From NCBI GenBank assembly GCA_009778135.1, contig WRKJ01000106.1, positions 31,835 through 55,834 on the forward strand: DNA of 24,000 nt. Direction: 5' to 3'. The notes under the pieces were generated by a model. That model ran no database searches, was not told the origin of the DNA, and worked only from the letters and a program-made list of their open reading frames with translations. Below are positions 8,792-16,552 of the stretch, in pieces. Both the position numbers and the translations under genes were made by a program. Every line of letters begins with the position of its first letter. Within the stretch, counting starts at the first letter, position 1. Source of the stretch: Defluviitaleaceae bacterium (GTDB taxonomy: Bacteria > Bacillota_I > Bacilli_A > MOL361 > Turicibacteraceae).

Positions 8792-10030
8792 ATGTCAAGA
8801 GTCGTCATAACAGGAATGGGTGCGATCACACCAGTCGGTAATACGCTTACCGATACATGGGCAGCCATTAAAGCTAGCGTTTGCGGGATTGATGAGATTA
8901 CGCATTTCGACCCCATCGATCACAAAGTTAAATTAGCTGCTGAGGTTAAAGGGTTTGACCCCACAACTGTTTTATCCAAGCAAGAAGTTCGTAAACTGGA
9001 TCGTTTTTCTCAGTTTGCCATTGTTTGTGCAGATGCAGCGTATCAAGATGCTGGATTGACAGATGAGATAGACAGAACGCGCATCGGCGTCATGGTTTCA
9101 TCAGGCATTGGTGGAATTAAAACCATTGAAGAAACAGTTAATAAATTAACAGAAGCTGGCCCAAATCGCATTTCACCTCATTTCATTCCAAAAGTGTTAA
9201 CCAATTTAGCAGCTGGAAATGTGGCCATTCATTTAGGTGCAAAAGGCATTTGTCATACCATTGTCACTGCTTGTGCAGCTTCTACAGATGCCGTTGGCGC
9301 AGCTTTTCGTCATATTCAAGGTGGCTTTTCTGATGTGGTGATAGCAGGTGGTGCTGAAGCTTCAATTACCCCTGTTGGGATCGCAGGATTTAGTATTATT
9401 CGAGCAACATCAGAATCAACCGATAAAACAAGGGCATCCATTCCTTTTGACAAAGAACGTCATGGCTTTGTGATGGGTGAAGGTGCGGGGATGCTTGTGC
9501 TTGAAAATTTAGATCATGCCTTGGCTCGTGGCGCTAAAATTTATGGGGAAGTGATCGGTTATGGCGCAACTTGTGATGCTTTTCATGTGACCGCACCGTC
9601 TGAAACAGGTGAAGGTGCTATTCGTGCCATGCAAGAAGCCATTCAAACAGCAGGGATTAAACCTGAAGACATTGACTATATCAATGCCCATGGCACATCA
9701 ACGCCTTTAAATGATAAAACAGAAACCCAAGCGGTTAAAACTGTTTTTGGTGACCATGCTTATCAATTGGCGATGAGCTCGACAAAAGGCGCAACTGGAC
9801 ATTTACTTGGGGCAACAGGTGCGATTGAAGCCATCCTTTCAGTGAAAGCTTTAGAAGAAGGATTTTTACCCCCAACGCTTAATCATCAAGTAGCAGATCC
9901 AGCATGTGATTTAGACATTGTGGCTAATGTCGGACGATCTCAAGACATCATGTATGCCATGAGTAATTCACTCGGGTTTGGTGGTCATAATGCCAGTGTG
10001 GTTTTTAAAAAATGGACAGGTGAAGCATAA
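8792..10030 (+). CDS. fabF: 3-oxoacyl-ACP synthase II (KAS II)
   Basis: 412 aa with RVVITGMG, the active-site Cys in VTACAAS, the His pair NAHGTSTP / GHLLGATG, and [20 protein letters not shown] lies upstream. Confidence 0.93.
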   Translation: MSRVVITGMGAITPVGNTLTDTWAAIKASVCGIDEITHFDPIDHKVKLAAEVKGFDPTTVLSKQEVRKLDRFSQFAIVCADAAYQDAGLTDEIDRTRIGVMVSSGIGGIKTIEETVNKLTEAGPNRISPHFIPKVLTNLAAGNVAIHLGAKGICHTIVTACAASTDAVGAAFRHIQGGFSDVVIAGGAEASITPVGIAGFSIIRATSESTDKTRASIPFDKERHGFVMGEGAGMLVLENLDHALARGAKIYGEVIGYGATCDAFHVTAPSETGEGAIRAMQEAIQTAGIKPEDIDYINAHGTSTPLNDKTETQAVKTVFGDHAYQLAMSSTKGATGHLLGATGAIEAILSVKALEEGFLPPTLNHQVADPACDLDIVANVGRSQDIMYAMSNSLGFGGHNASVVFKKWTGEA

Positions 10031-10067
10031 CTTTTGCCAATCAAGCATTAAAAGGAGTGTATCGCAG

Positions 10068-10496
10068 ATGATATTAAACAGCAATCAGATTCAAGAGATT
10101 ATCCCACATCGCTATCCGATGCTACTGGTTGATCAAATTGAAGCATTAGAGGCTGGGCAGCGTGTTGTCGGGATTAAAGCAGTGACAGCCAATGAACCTT
10201 TTTTTCAAGGTCACTTTCCACAAGAACATGTCATGCCAGGTGTTTTGATTATTGAAGCTTTGGCACAAACTGGTGCAGTTGCATTGTTATCACAAGAAGC
10301 ATTTAAAGGAAAAATTGCTTATTTTGCTGGGATTAATAAGGCAAGATTTAAACGTAAAGTGATTCCAGGCGATGTCCTAACATTAGAAGTTGAAATCACA
10401 AAACTACGTGGTCCCATTGGCATTGGCAGTGCCAAAGCAAGCGTAAATGGCGAACTCGCCTGTGAAGCGGAATTAATGTTTGCCATTGGTGAATAA
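10068..10496 (+). CDS. fabZ: 3-hydroxyacyl-ACP dehydratase
   Basis: Hot-dog fold motifs [11 protein letters not shown] and [19 protein letters not shown]. The ORF-track start at 9978 would overlap fabF. I prefer ATG 10068 with AAAGGAG at 10051-10057. Confidence 0.92.
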   Translation: MILNSNQIQEIIPHRYPMLLVDQIEALEAGQRVVGIKAVTANEPFFQGHFPQEHVMPGVLIIEALAQTGAVALLSQEAFKGKIAYFAGINKARFKRKVIPGDVLTLEVEITKLRGPIGIGSAKASVNGELACEAELMFAIGE

Positions 10497-10513
10497 AATG
10501 AGATTGATGAGAC

Positions 10514-10558
10514 AAACGACACGATTAACATTCAATTGATGTTAATCGTGTCGTTTTT
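10514..10558 (+). terminator. Rho-independent terminator closing the acc/fab operon
   Basis: Perfect 16-bp stem ACGACACGATTAACAT / ATGTTAATCGTGTCGT (10516-10531 / 10539-10554), a 7-nt loop, then a TTTTT run. Confidence 0.9.
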
Positions 10559-10572
10559 AACTTTAACTGTCA

Positions 10573-10607
10573 TTTTGAATCAATATATGTCATAAATTGA
10601 TTCAAAA
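10573..10607. promoter_or_regulatory. Perfect 12-bp inverted repeat (candidate operator) abutting the -35 of the lipoprotein/permease promoter
   Basis: TTTTGAATCAAT (10573-10584), an 11-nt spacer, then ATTGATTCAAAA (10596-10607). The right arm ends 3 nt before TTGACA at 10611. Confidence 0.4.
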
Positions 10608-10610
10608 ATA

Positions 10611-10639
10611 TTGACAAATAAAAGCCAGTATGCTAGAAT
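10611..10639 (+). promoter_or_regulatory. Near-consensus sigma-A promoter with extended -10
   Basis: TTGACA (10611-10616), a 17-nt spacer, then TGcTAGAAT (10631-10639). Confidence 0.75.
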
Positions 10640-10671
10640 TGAGGTATATAAAAAAAGGAGGATTAAAATTG

Positions 10672-11718
10672 ATGAACAAGCGTAAAAAAATAGTAGCTGC
10701 TTGCTTTATCGCTACTATTTTTTTCCTTACAGGTTGCGAGACAGATTCTCGTGTCACTTATTTGAATTTAAGACCGATCGTTGATGATGGTTTGATTGAG
10801 ATGATGGAATGGAATGAAAGCGATATGTGGATTGGACAGTCGCTAGGTGTAGCAGCATTAGGTTTTGAAATGGGGCCGACAGATCACTTTTACGGCGTTA
10901 TTGAACTTTCAGATGTGAATGATACCCTGGTCGCTCAAACCGAAAACCTTTCTACACATGATTTATATTTAATGGTTAAAGTCTTTTTAAATTATGAAGA
11001 AGTTCCTTTTCGTGTCAATGGGGAAGAGACGTATACAACTGAATTTGTTTTTTTCTTAGAGCGTGGCTATCAAGTTGATATTCCCTTTGTCATCAATGCT
11101 GATTTTTTAGCAGCAAATACGACAAGTAAATTAACCGTTGGTATTTTCGCTGATCCGCATCGGGAACTCATTAACGAAGAGAATCATGTTGCTGTGTTTT
11201 GGGGGCGCTCGGGCATGGTGTTAAACAATGATTTGATCATTGGAAATGACAGTGCAATACAATTTGAACCAGTTGAATTTTCAGACATCATGTATCGTCA
11301 AGAAGACAGGCAATTTGTTGATTTGTGGGTTGCATCAGATTTTTCGTTAAACGCATATGGCTTTATCAGTCATCCCGAATTACATTTGCAAGTTGAGCGA
11401 GGAAAAGAAATAGAGCTGTTGTTTTATGCTTCACCTTTTGCATCACAAGGGTATGAACTTGAAAATTATTTGATTTTTGGGATGCTTAACTGGCAACAAA
11501 TTTCTTTGAATGCGCAGCCCTTTTTATGGGTAGATACATTTGAACATGGCTTTTCACATGTCAGTGATCATGGTCGCTTCACACTTCCTGCTATTGATGA
11601 AGTGGGTTATCATGAGTTTATGGCCATTTTAGTCTCAAACCCAGAAAAGAGAAACTCAATAACACATTCATTTCCGCTTTTCACATCTAATCGTCTGATT
11701 ATTGAAGTCGTTGAATAG
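10672..11718 (+). CDS. Lipoprotein of unknown function
   Basis: 348 aa from ATG 10672 (RBS AAGGAGG at 10655-10661). The signal peptide MNKRKKIVAACFIATIFFLTG|C has lipobox L-T-G-C. The mature part is acidic and beta-rich by eye. There is a weak internal repeat: YLMVKVFLNYEEVPF...ADPHRE versus YLIFGMLNWQQISL...SNPEKR. I recognised no catalytic motif. Confidence 0.7.
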   Translation: MNKRKKIVAACFIATIFFLTGCETDSRVTYLNLRPIVDDGLIEMMEWNESDMWIGQSLGVAALGFEMGPTDHFYGVIELSDVNDTLVAQTENLSTHDLYLMVKVFLNYEEVPFRVNGEETYTTEFVFFLERGYQVDIPFVINADFLAANTTSKLTVGIFADPHRELINEENHVAVFWGRSGMVLNNDLIIGNDSAIQFEPVEFSDIMYRQEDRQFVDLWVASDFSLNAYGFISHPELHLQVERGKEIELLFYASPFASQGYELENYLIFGMLNWQQISLNAQPFLWVDTFEHGFSHVSDHGRFTLPAIDEVGYHEFMAILVSNPEKRNSITHSFPLFTSNRLIIEVVE

Positions 11719-11730
11719 AGGTTATGCCAA

Positions 11731-13293
11731 ATGAATGTTTTTAAAAGAGCAGTAATTAGCGTGAGAAGAATGGCTGGAAAATCAGCGCTTCTTTTCTTGA
11801 TTGTTTTGATTTTAGGCTTTTTAGCATCAGGTGCGATTTCTGTTTTGCAAGCGATTGAAAATACCGAAATCAATTTATTAAGACAAATTCCGCCCATTGC
11901 AACGATCAATGTCGATATGGCAGCCAATCTTGGTCATGTAGAACGCTATGATGTGTGGCCAGAAATAGAAAGATTATCGCCAGCATTATTTACAGCCATC
12001 GGTGAGTTGCCTTATGTGCGTCTGTTTGACTATACGGTTTATGGCTTCTTTTTTAGTGATGAATTGATCTTTTCGACGGACACAAATTTTTCATCTCGTG
12101 TTGATTGGCTTGAAGAAGAAATCGCACGTCAAAATTTAGGAATGGGCAGTTATCGAATTGAATTTAATGAAAGTGAGCTTTTTGGTGTCAAAGGTGTGAC
12201 TTACGCCAATGTACTTGATGTTGAAACAGATCTGATTGACCTTGTATCTGGACGTGTTTTTACACAAGATGAAATGGACCATGGCGAGCCAGTTGTCCTG
12301 TTACCACTGGCTTTAGCACAGGAAAATGGACTTGAACTGGGTGATACGTTTGAATTGGAAGCGCGTGTTTATGATCAGATTGATGTTACAGGAACGTTTG
12401 TCGGGGGATGGGAATTAGGCGCATCTGTTCTCGCTTCAGAAATCATTGAACTGGAAGTCATTGGTCTCTTTACCCCAACGGTTGTGCTCAATGATGATGC
12501 GACAATGGTCGATGTTCAAAATTATATTGACCTCAATCGGCGAATGTATGTCCCCCTTGAGATCGCTAAGCGGGAGGGGTTATTACGGCTCGAACATGTC
12601 AACATGTATCATCCAGATGATAGCGGCTATCATGACCAGTTTCATTACAGAGATATTATTTTTGTCCTCTATGATGCGCTAGATCTCGAACAATTTCATG
12701 AGGCAGCTACGGAATTGCTCCCTGATTTTTGGATGATTGAAGATTTAAGAACTGAATTCACCCACATTTCAAGGTCCATGTCAACGATGCAAAATACTGC
12801 TAATTGGCTTATGATTGGGGCGATTTTTGGCTTTTTAATGGTCTTGGGCTTATTTATGTTACTGTTTTTATATGATCGTCGGATGGAGATTGGGATTTAT
12901 CTGGCTTTAGGAGAATCAAAGAAGCGAATTGTCACACAAATATTGATTGAAATGATCAGCGTGGCGACGATTGCGATTGTGATCGCCTTGTTTGTTGGAA
13001 ATATGGCAGCTGACCATATCACCCATGAAACGTTGCGTCGAGATTTAGTTGATAATCCCGCTGTCTTTCCGAACCAAGACATGAACGTTGGTAGCTTTAA
13101 TAGCATGGGATTTTCAATTCAAATGACGGGTGAAGAAATGCTACAAGCATATGCCGTCTCTTTAGACATGTCGACGATGGTTACTTTTTTTGCGACCGCA
13201 ATCGGAATGGTTGCATTATCAACGGCTTTACCTGTTATTTATTTAACCAAATTTAATCCGAAAGATCAGTTAATGAAATCTTCAATTGGATGA
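11731..13293 (+). CDS. MacB/FtsX-type (type VII ABC) permease with a large extracytoplasmic domain; no cognate ATPase adjacent
   Basis: 520 aa. N-terminal TM1 is SALLFLIVLILGFLASGAISVL. It is followed by an extracytoplasmic domain of roughly 320 aa. The C-terminal FtsX-like three-helix bundle comprises WLMIGAIFGFLMVLGLFMLLFLY, then EIGIYLALGESKKRI, then IEMISVATIAIVIALFVG, then TMVTFFATAIGMVALSTALPVIYL. The loop between the last two helices is unusually long, at roughly 55 aa. RBS GAGGT lies 8 nt upstream. Confidence 0.75.
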   Translation: MNVFKRAVISVRRMAGKSALLFLIVLILGFLASGAISVLQAIENTEINLLRQIPPIATINVDMAANLGHVERYDVWPEIERLSPALFTAIGELPYVRLFDYTVYGFFFSDELIFSTDTNFSSRVDWLEEEIARQNLGMGSYRIEFNESELFGVKGVTYANVLDVETDLIDLVSGRVFTQDEMDHGEPVVLLPLALAQENGLELGDTFELEARVYDQIDVTGTFVGGWELGASVLASEIIELEVIGLFTPTVVLNDDATMVDVQNYIDLNRRMYVPLEIAKREGLLRLEHVNMYHPDDSGYHDQFHYRDIIFVLYDALDLEQFHEAATELLPDFWMIEDLRTEFTHISRSMSTMQNTANWLMIGAIFGFLMVLGLFMLLFLYDRRMEIGIYLALGESKKRIVTQILIEMISVATIAIVIALFVGNMAADHITHETLRRDLVDNPAVFPNQDMNVGSFNSMGFSIQMTGEEMLQAYAVSLDMSTMVTFFATAIGMVALSTALPVIYLTKFNPKDQLMKSSIG

Positions 13294-13308
13294 GTTTACT
13301 TCAGAAAG

Positions 13309-13355
13309 AAAATCCCCAGTAAGTTTGATCGGATATCATGCGTACAGGGGATTTT
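13309..13355. terminator. Possible bidirectional terminator between the convergent permease and biotin ligase genes
   Basis: AAAATCCCC (13309-13317) pairs with GGGGATTTT (13347-13355), with A/T runs on both flanks. The loop is long (~29 nt), so this is a weak call. Confidence 0.35.
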
Positions 13356-14137
13356 TAAACCTCCTTTTGTTTCAATCTAACATCACCTGCTTGTAAATGT
13401 AAGACTTCGCCACATGCTTTTCGAACAATGAGTCGACCTAATGGATCTACACCTTGTACCAACACTTCAAATTCTTCTTTTTGATCGACGATAAAGACAT
13501 AACGATTCAAAATAAATAAGCCTGCTTGATACTGTTTTAAGACGGTTTCTTGATCCGATAATTCAGAAGGCTGTAACATCTTTTTCATGATGGTCGCAAT
13601 TAAGTTAGCTTTGATGCCATGATCAAAGTCATCCATGCCAAGGGTTGTGGCAATCTGTTTCAATTCATCTGGAAATCCGTTCGGTAAAGGAGACACATTC
13701 AAACCGATACCAATGACCAACCAATCGGAACCCACTTGTTGTTCTGTTAAAATACCACCGACTTTTCGACCTTTTAAGAACAGATCATTCACCCATTTTA
13801 AATCGACTTGAATGCCCAGTACGTCATCAATTGCTGACTTAACAGCAACCGCAACAAAAATAGTTGCCAATTGGCGTGCTTTAAAATGCCAGTCGCAACT
13901 GTTGATCATGAGTGAAAGGTAAATCCCGCCTGTTTCAGAAAGAAAAGAACGACCATATGTCCCACGACCAGCACTTTGACGCGTGGCCACAACAGCTGCG
14001 CCATGAATCGGATGGGATAAGATCCTTTCTTTTGCGATATCGTTGGTTGAAGAAACGTCGTCAAAAAAGTAAAGTGGTCCACTTAATCCCGCTACTTGCA
14101 AGCGATCATGTATCATCATTTCATACGTTACTGGCAT
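13355..14137 (-). CDS. birA: Biotin-[acetyl-CoA-carboxylase] ligase, group I (catalytic core only, no N-terminal DNA-binding domain)
   Basis: 260 aa. It has a biotin-binding loop QSAGRGTYGRSF (GRGRxGRxW-type), KWVNDLFLKGRKVGGIL, and a C-terminal SH3-like tail. The protein starts about 30 aa before the catalytic core, leaving no room for a winged-HTH. Confidence 0.85.
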   Translation of the reverse strand: MPVTYEMMIHDRLQVAGLSGPLYFFDDVSSTNDIAKERILSHPIHGAAVVATRQSAGRGTYGRSFLSETGGIYLSLMINSCDWHFKARQLATIFVAVAVKSAIDDVLGIQVDLKWVNDLFLKGRKVGGILTEQQVGSDWLVIGIGLNVSPLPNGFPDELKQIATTLGMDDFDHGIKANLIATIMKKMLQPSELSDQETVLKQYQAGLFILNRYVFIVDQKEEFEVLVQGVDPLGRLIVRKACGEVLHLQAGDVRLKQKEV

Positions 14138-14194
14138 GTTATTGTCATTCCTTTCAATGTCTAAAGCGTAAAATGACCCCTGATTTCATTCACC

Positions 14195-14222
14195 AGTATA
14201 GCATCTTCTAAGTAATTTGTAA
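14195..14222 (-). promoter_or_regulatory. Candidate sigma-A promoter for the biotin ligase gene (minus strand)
   Basis: Read on the minus strand: TTACAA (14222-14217), a 16-nt spacer, then TGcTATACT (-10 at 14200-14195). It lies about 50 nt upstream of the start codon. Confidence 0.5.
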
Positions 14223-14328
14223 AGACGGTTCTACAGTCCAAGCTTTAACTTCGAGTGCCTGGTGTGTGAAACGCATGCAGCACGACATATAATCATGATA
14301 CAATTTATATACAATTGGCGTGTTTTGG

Positions 14329-14370
14329 TTGACAAAATCATTTGACAATCAAAGTATTTTCTGTTACAAT
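14329..14370 (+). promoter_or_regulatory. bioY promoter with a duplicated TTGACAA box (candidate operator overlapping the -35)
   Basis: TTGACA (14342-14347), a 17-nt spacer, then TGtTACAAT (14362-14370). A second TTGACA lies at 14329-14334, giving the 20-bp pseudo-palindrome TTGACAAAATCATTTGACAA (14329-14348). Further upstream is a direct repeat, ATACAATT at 14298-14305 and 14309-14316. Confidence 0.65.
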
Positions 14371-14401
14371 GACTAAAATTTATATGAGGAGTTCGTTTAA
14401 T

Positions 14402-14962
14402 ATGTCACATCAACAACCAACAGCTTATTTACGTGTAACCGTCTACTGTGCGCTGTTTACAGCATTGATCATTATTGGTTCTTATATGAGTTTCCCATTA
14501 CCGCTCAGTCCAGTTCCGATCGTCTTAGCAGATTTCTTTATTATGGTGTCTGCTTTGTTTCTCGGTTGGAAATCCGGTTTAATGAGTGTCATTTTATATT
14601 TGGTGCTCGGTGCCATTGGTCTGCCCGTCTTTGCAGGTGGCGCATCAGGTCTCGCTTCATTTTTTGGGCCAACAGGTGGGTTTTTATTTGGCTATTTACT
14701 TTTAGTTGCATCCATTGGTTTCATAACTGAAAAGATGAAGTCATCCATTGGCGTCACGTTGATCGCCCTGTTAGTTGGGAATGTGTTACTGTATGCCGCA
14801 GGTGTCACGTGGTTAAAAGTCGTTCTCGAGTTAAGTTGGTCGGGTGCCCTTGCAGCTGGATTAACACCTTTTCTACCAGGAACCCTCATCAAAATCATCG
14901 TCGCTGTCGCTATTGGGCAGGTACTCGTGCCGCCTTTTAAAGCAAACATGAAACGTTGGTGA
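14402..14962 (+). CDS. bioY: Biotin ECF transporter substrate-specific (S) component
   Basis: 186 aa from ATG 14402 (RBS GAGGAG, 14386-14391). It is a multi-TM protein with BioY hallmarks SPVPIVLADFF, LGAIGLPVFAGG and GPTGGFLFGYLL. The ORF-track start at 14342 lies inside the promoter and is rejected. Confidence 0.88.
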   Translation: MSHQQPTAYLRVTVYCALFTALIIIGSYMSFPLPLSPVPIVLADFFIMVSALFLGWKSGLMSVILYLVLGAIGLPVFAGGASGLASFFGPTGGFLFGYLLLVASIGFITEKMKSSIGVTLIALLVGNVLLYAAGVTWLKVVLELSWSGALAAGLTPFLPGTLIKIIVAVAIGQVLVPPFKANMKRW

Positions 14963-14967
14963 TCAGC

Positions 14968-15726
14968 ATGTCGCATCATCCGATCTTAGAAGTTAAAAAT
15001 TTAAGCCATGTTTTCCCAAATGGGACCATGGGTGTTCACCATGTTAATTTACAAGTTTACAAAGGTGAATTTATCATCATCGCAGGTGCCAATGGCTCTG
15101 GGAAGACAGCATTGATTCGTCATTTAAATGGGTTGTTAAAGCCAACGACAGGTGACGTTTTAATGGCGGGGATTTCGATTAGCAGCAACCTCATTGAAGC
15201 ACGAAAGAAAATCGGCTTGATTTTTCAAGATTCTGACAGTCAATTTGTCGGACAAACCGTTTATGAAGAAGTGGCGTTTGGACCTGAAAATCTTAATTTG
15301 CCGCAAGCAGAAGTCGCACAAATCGTTGATGAAGTTTTAGAAGTGGTTCGCTTGAGTGCAGTTGCAAACCAAAGTCCGCACACCTTATCTGGTGGGCAAA
15401 AGCGAAAACTCGCAGTGGCTGGTGTACTCGCCATGAAACCTGAAATCATCATGTTTGATGAACCTTTTACTGGGCTTGATTATCCTGGCGTGGTTCAAGT
15501 CCTTCAACAACTGGTTGCACTTCACCAAGCGGGAAGCACGATTATTTTGGTTACCCATGAACTTGAAAAAGTGCTGGCACATGCGAACCGATTGATCGTG
15601 ATGAATCAAGGTCAACTCGTTGCAGATGGTCGCCCAGAAGACGTGATTAAAACGGTTGAAAAACATGCTGTTAGAATGCCACTTCAACAAGGTGAAAGGA
15701 TTGAATCACTGACATGGCTCAAGTAA
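14968..15726 (+). CDS. ecfA: ECF transporter ATPase (BioM/EcfA/CbiO type)
   Basis: Walker A GANGSGKT, Q-loop FQDSDSQ, signature LSGGQKRKL, Walker B IIMFDEP, and H-loop VTHE. I prefer ATG 14968 over TTG 14956. Only one ATPase gene is present. Confidence 0.88.
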   Translation: MSHHPILEVKNLSHVFPNGTMGVHHVNLQVYKGEFIIIAGANGSGKTALIRHLNGLLKPTTGDVLMAGISISSNLIEARKKIGLIFQDSDSQFVGQTVYEEVAFGPENLNLPQAEVAQIVDEVLEVVRLSAVANQSPHTLSGGQKRKLAVAGVLAMKPEIIMFDEPFTGLDYPGVVQVLQQLVALHQAGSTIILVTHELEKVLAHANRLIVMNQGQLVADGRPEDVIKTVEKHAVRMPLQQGERIESLTWLK

Positions 15727-16406
15727 CCTTTTTTCATTACATCCATCAAGAAACGGTTTTGCATCGGATGGATGGTCGCTTAAAATTAGGATGTCTGTTT
15801 GTGTTGACGTTTTCAGCAACTTTAGCAAGTGGTTGGCTTTCGTTTCTCATACTGCTCAGTTTACTCAGTTGTGGGTTAGTGGTTTCTAAATTACCACTCG
15901 TTACCCTCATGAAAGAAATGAAACTTTTAGCCGTGATGCTTATCATTGTCTTTCTCACGAATGGCTTTCATTTTGCAAGCCGGCTCATCTTGATGATGCT
16001 CATCTCTGTCCTCATGTCAGGCACGACTTCTTTAACGACGGTTAAAAACACCATTGAATGGTATTTGCGTCCCATTCCTTTTATCCCCGAAGTTCGTATT
16101 GCAACCATGATCAATCTGACATTCGTTTTAATTCCTATGATCTTTGACAATTATTTAGAAATGACCGACGCACAAAAGGCACGCTGTGTCACCTTACGAA
16201 AAAATCCAATCAGACGCATCAAATGGCTGGTTTTCCCCTTACTCAGTCGAACTTTAAGACGCGCTGACGAACTCATCTATGCCATGGAAGCACGCTGCTA
16301 TTCTGAAACACGCACACGTGCGACTTTTAAGCCAACCCACCGATTAGATTGGCTTATCCTTGCTTTATGCCTGCTTGCTTTGATCCTTGTTGCTTGGTAC
16401 GCGTGA
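15714..16406 (+). CDS. ecfT: ECF transporter transmembrane (T) component (BioN/EcfT/CbiQ type)
   Basis: 230 aa. It has a HRMDGRLKL N-terminus, multiple TM helices, and a C-terminal coupling-helix region LRRADELIYAMEARCY (an Ala-Arg-x motif). It overlaps the ATPase gene by 13 nt. Confidence 0.82.
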   Translation: MAQVTFFHYIHQETVLHRMDGRLKLGCLFVLTFSATLASGWLSFLILLSLLSCGLVVSKLPLVTLMKEMKLLAVMLIIVFLTNGFHFASRLILMMLISVLMSGTTSLTTVKNTIEWYLRPIPFIPEVRIATMINLTFVLIPMIFDNYLEMTDAQKARCVTLRKNPIRRIKWLVFPLLSRTLRRADELIYAMEARCYSETRTRATFKPTHRLDWLILALCLLALILVAWYA

Positions 16407-16516
16407 TTGATCGTTTTACGTCGCTTTCGTCTGATTAAAATAACTGCTTTTTCATACAATATTGATGTTGAGCAATACTTTTTTTGCATTTTCTTCAAAA
16501 AAATTTAAAAAAAGTA

Positions 16517-16546
16517 TTGACGAAAGTTGGGAGGATGTGTTATAAT
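16517..16546 (+). promoter_or_regulatory. Sigma-A type promoter located only ~35 nt upstream of a strong terminator hairpin
   Basis: TTGACG (16517-16522), an 18-nt spacer, then TGtTATAAT (-10 at 16541-16546). Confidence 0.55.
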
Positions 16547-16552
16547 CTTTTC

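Noticed and set aside
9978-10067. An upstream extension of fabZ, from the ORF-track start at 9978.
   Set aside because: It would overlap the fabF 3' end by 53 nt and add a non-homologous 30-aa leader. ATG 10068 has a proper AAAGGAG RBS and gives the canonical FabZ N-terminus.
13912-14211. A 99-aa + strand ORF opposite the biotin ligase gene.
   Set aside because: It is antisense to the conserved BPL catalytic core, has no RBS, and its translation has no recognisable features.
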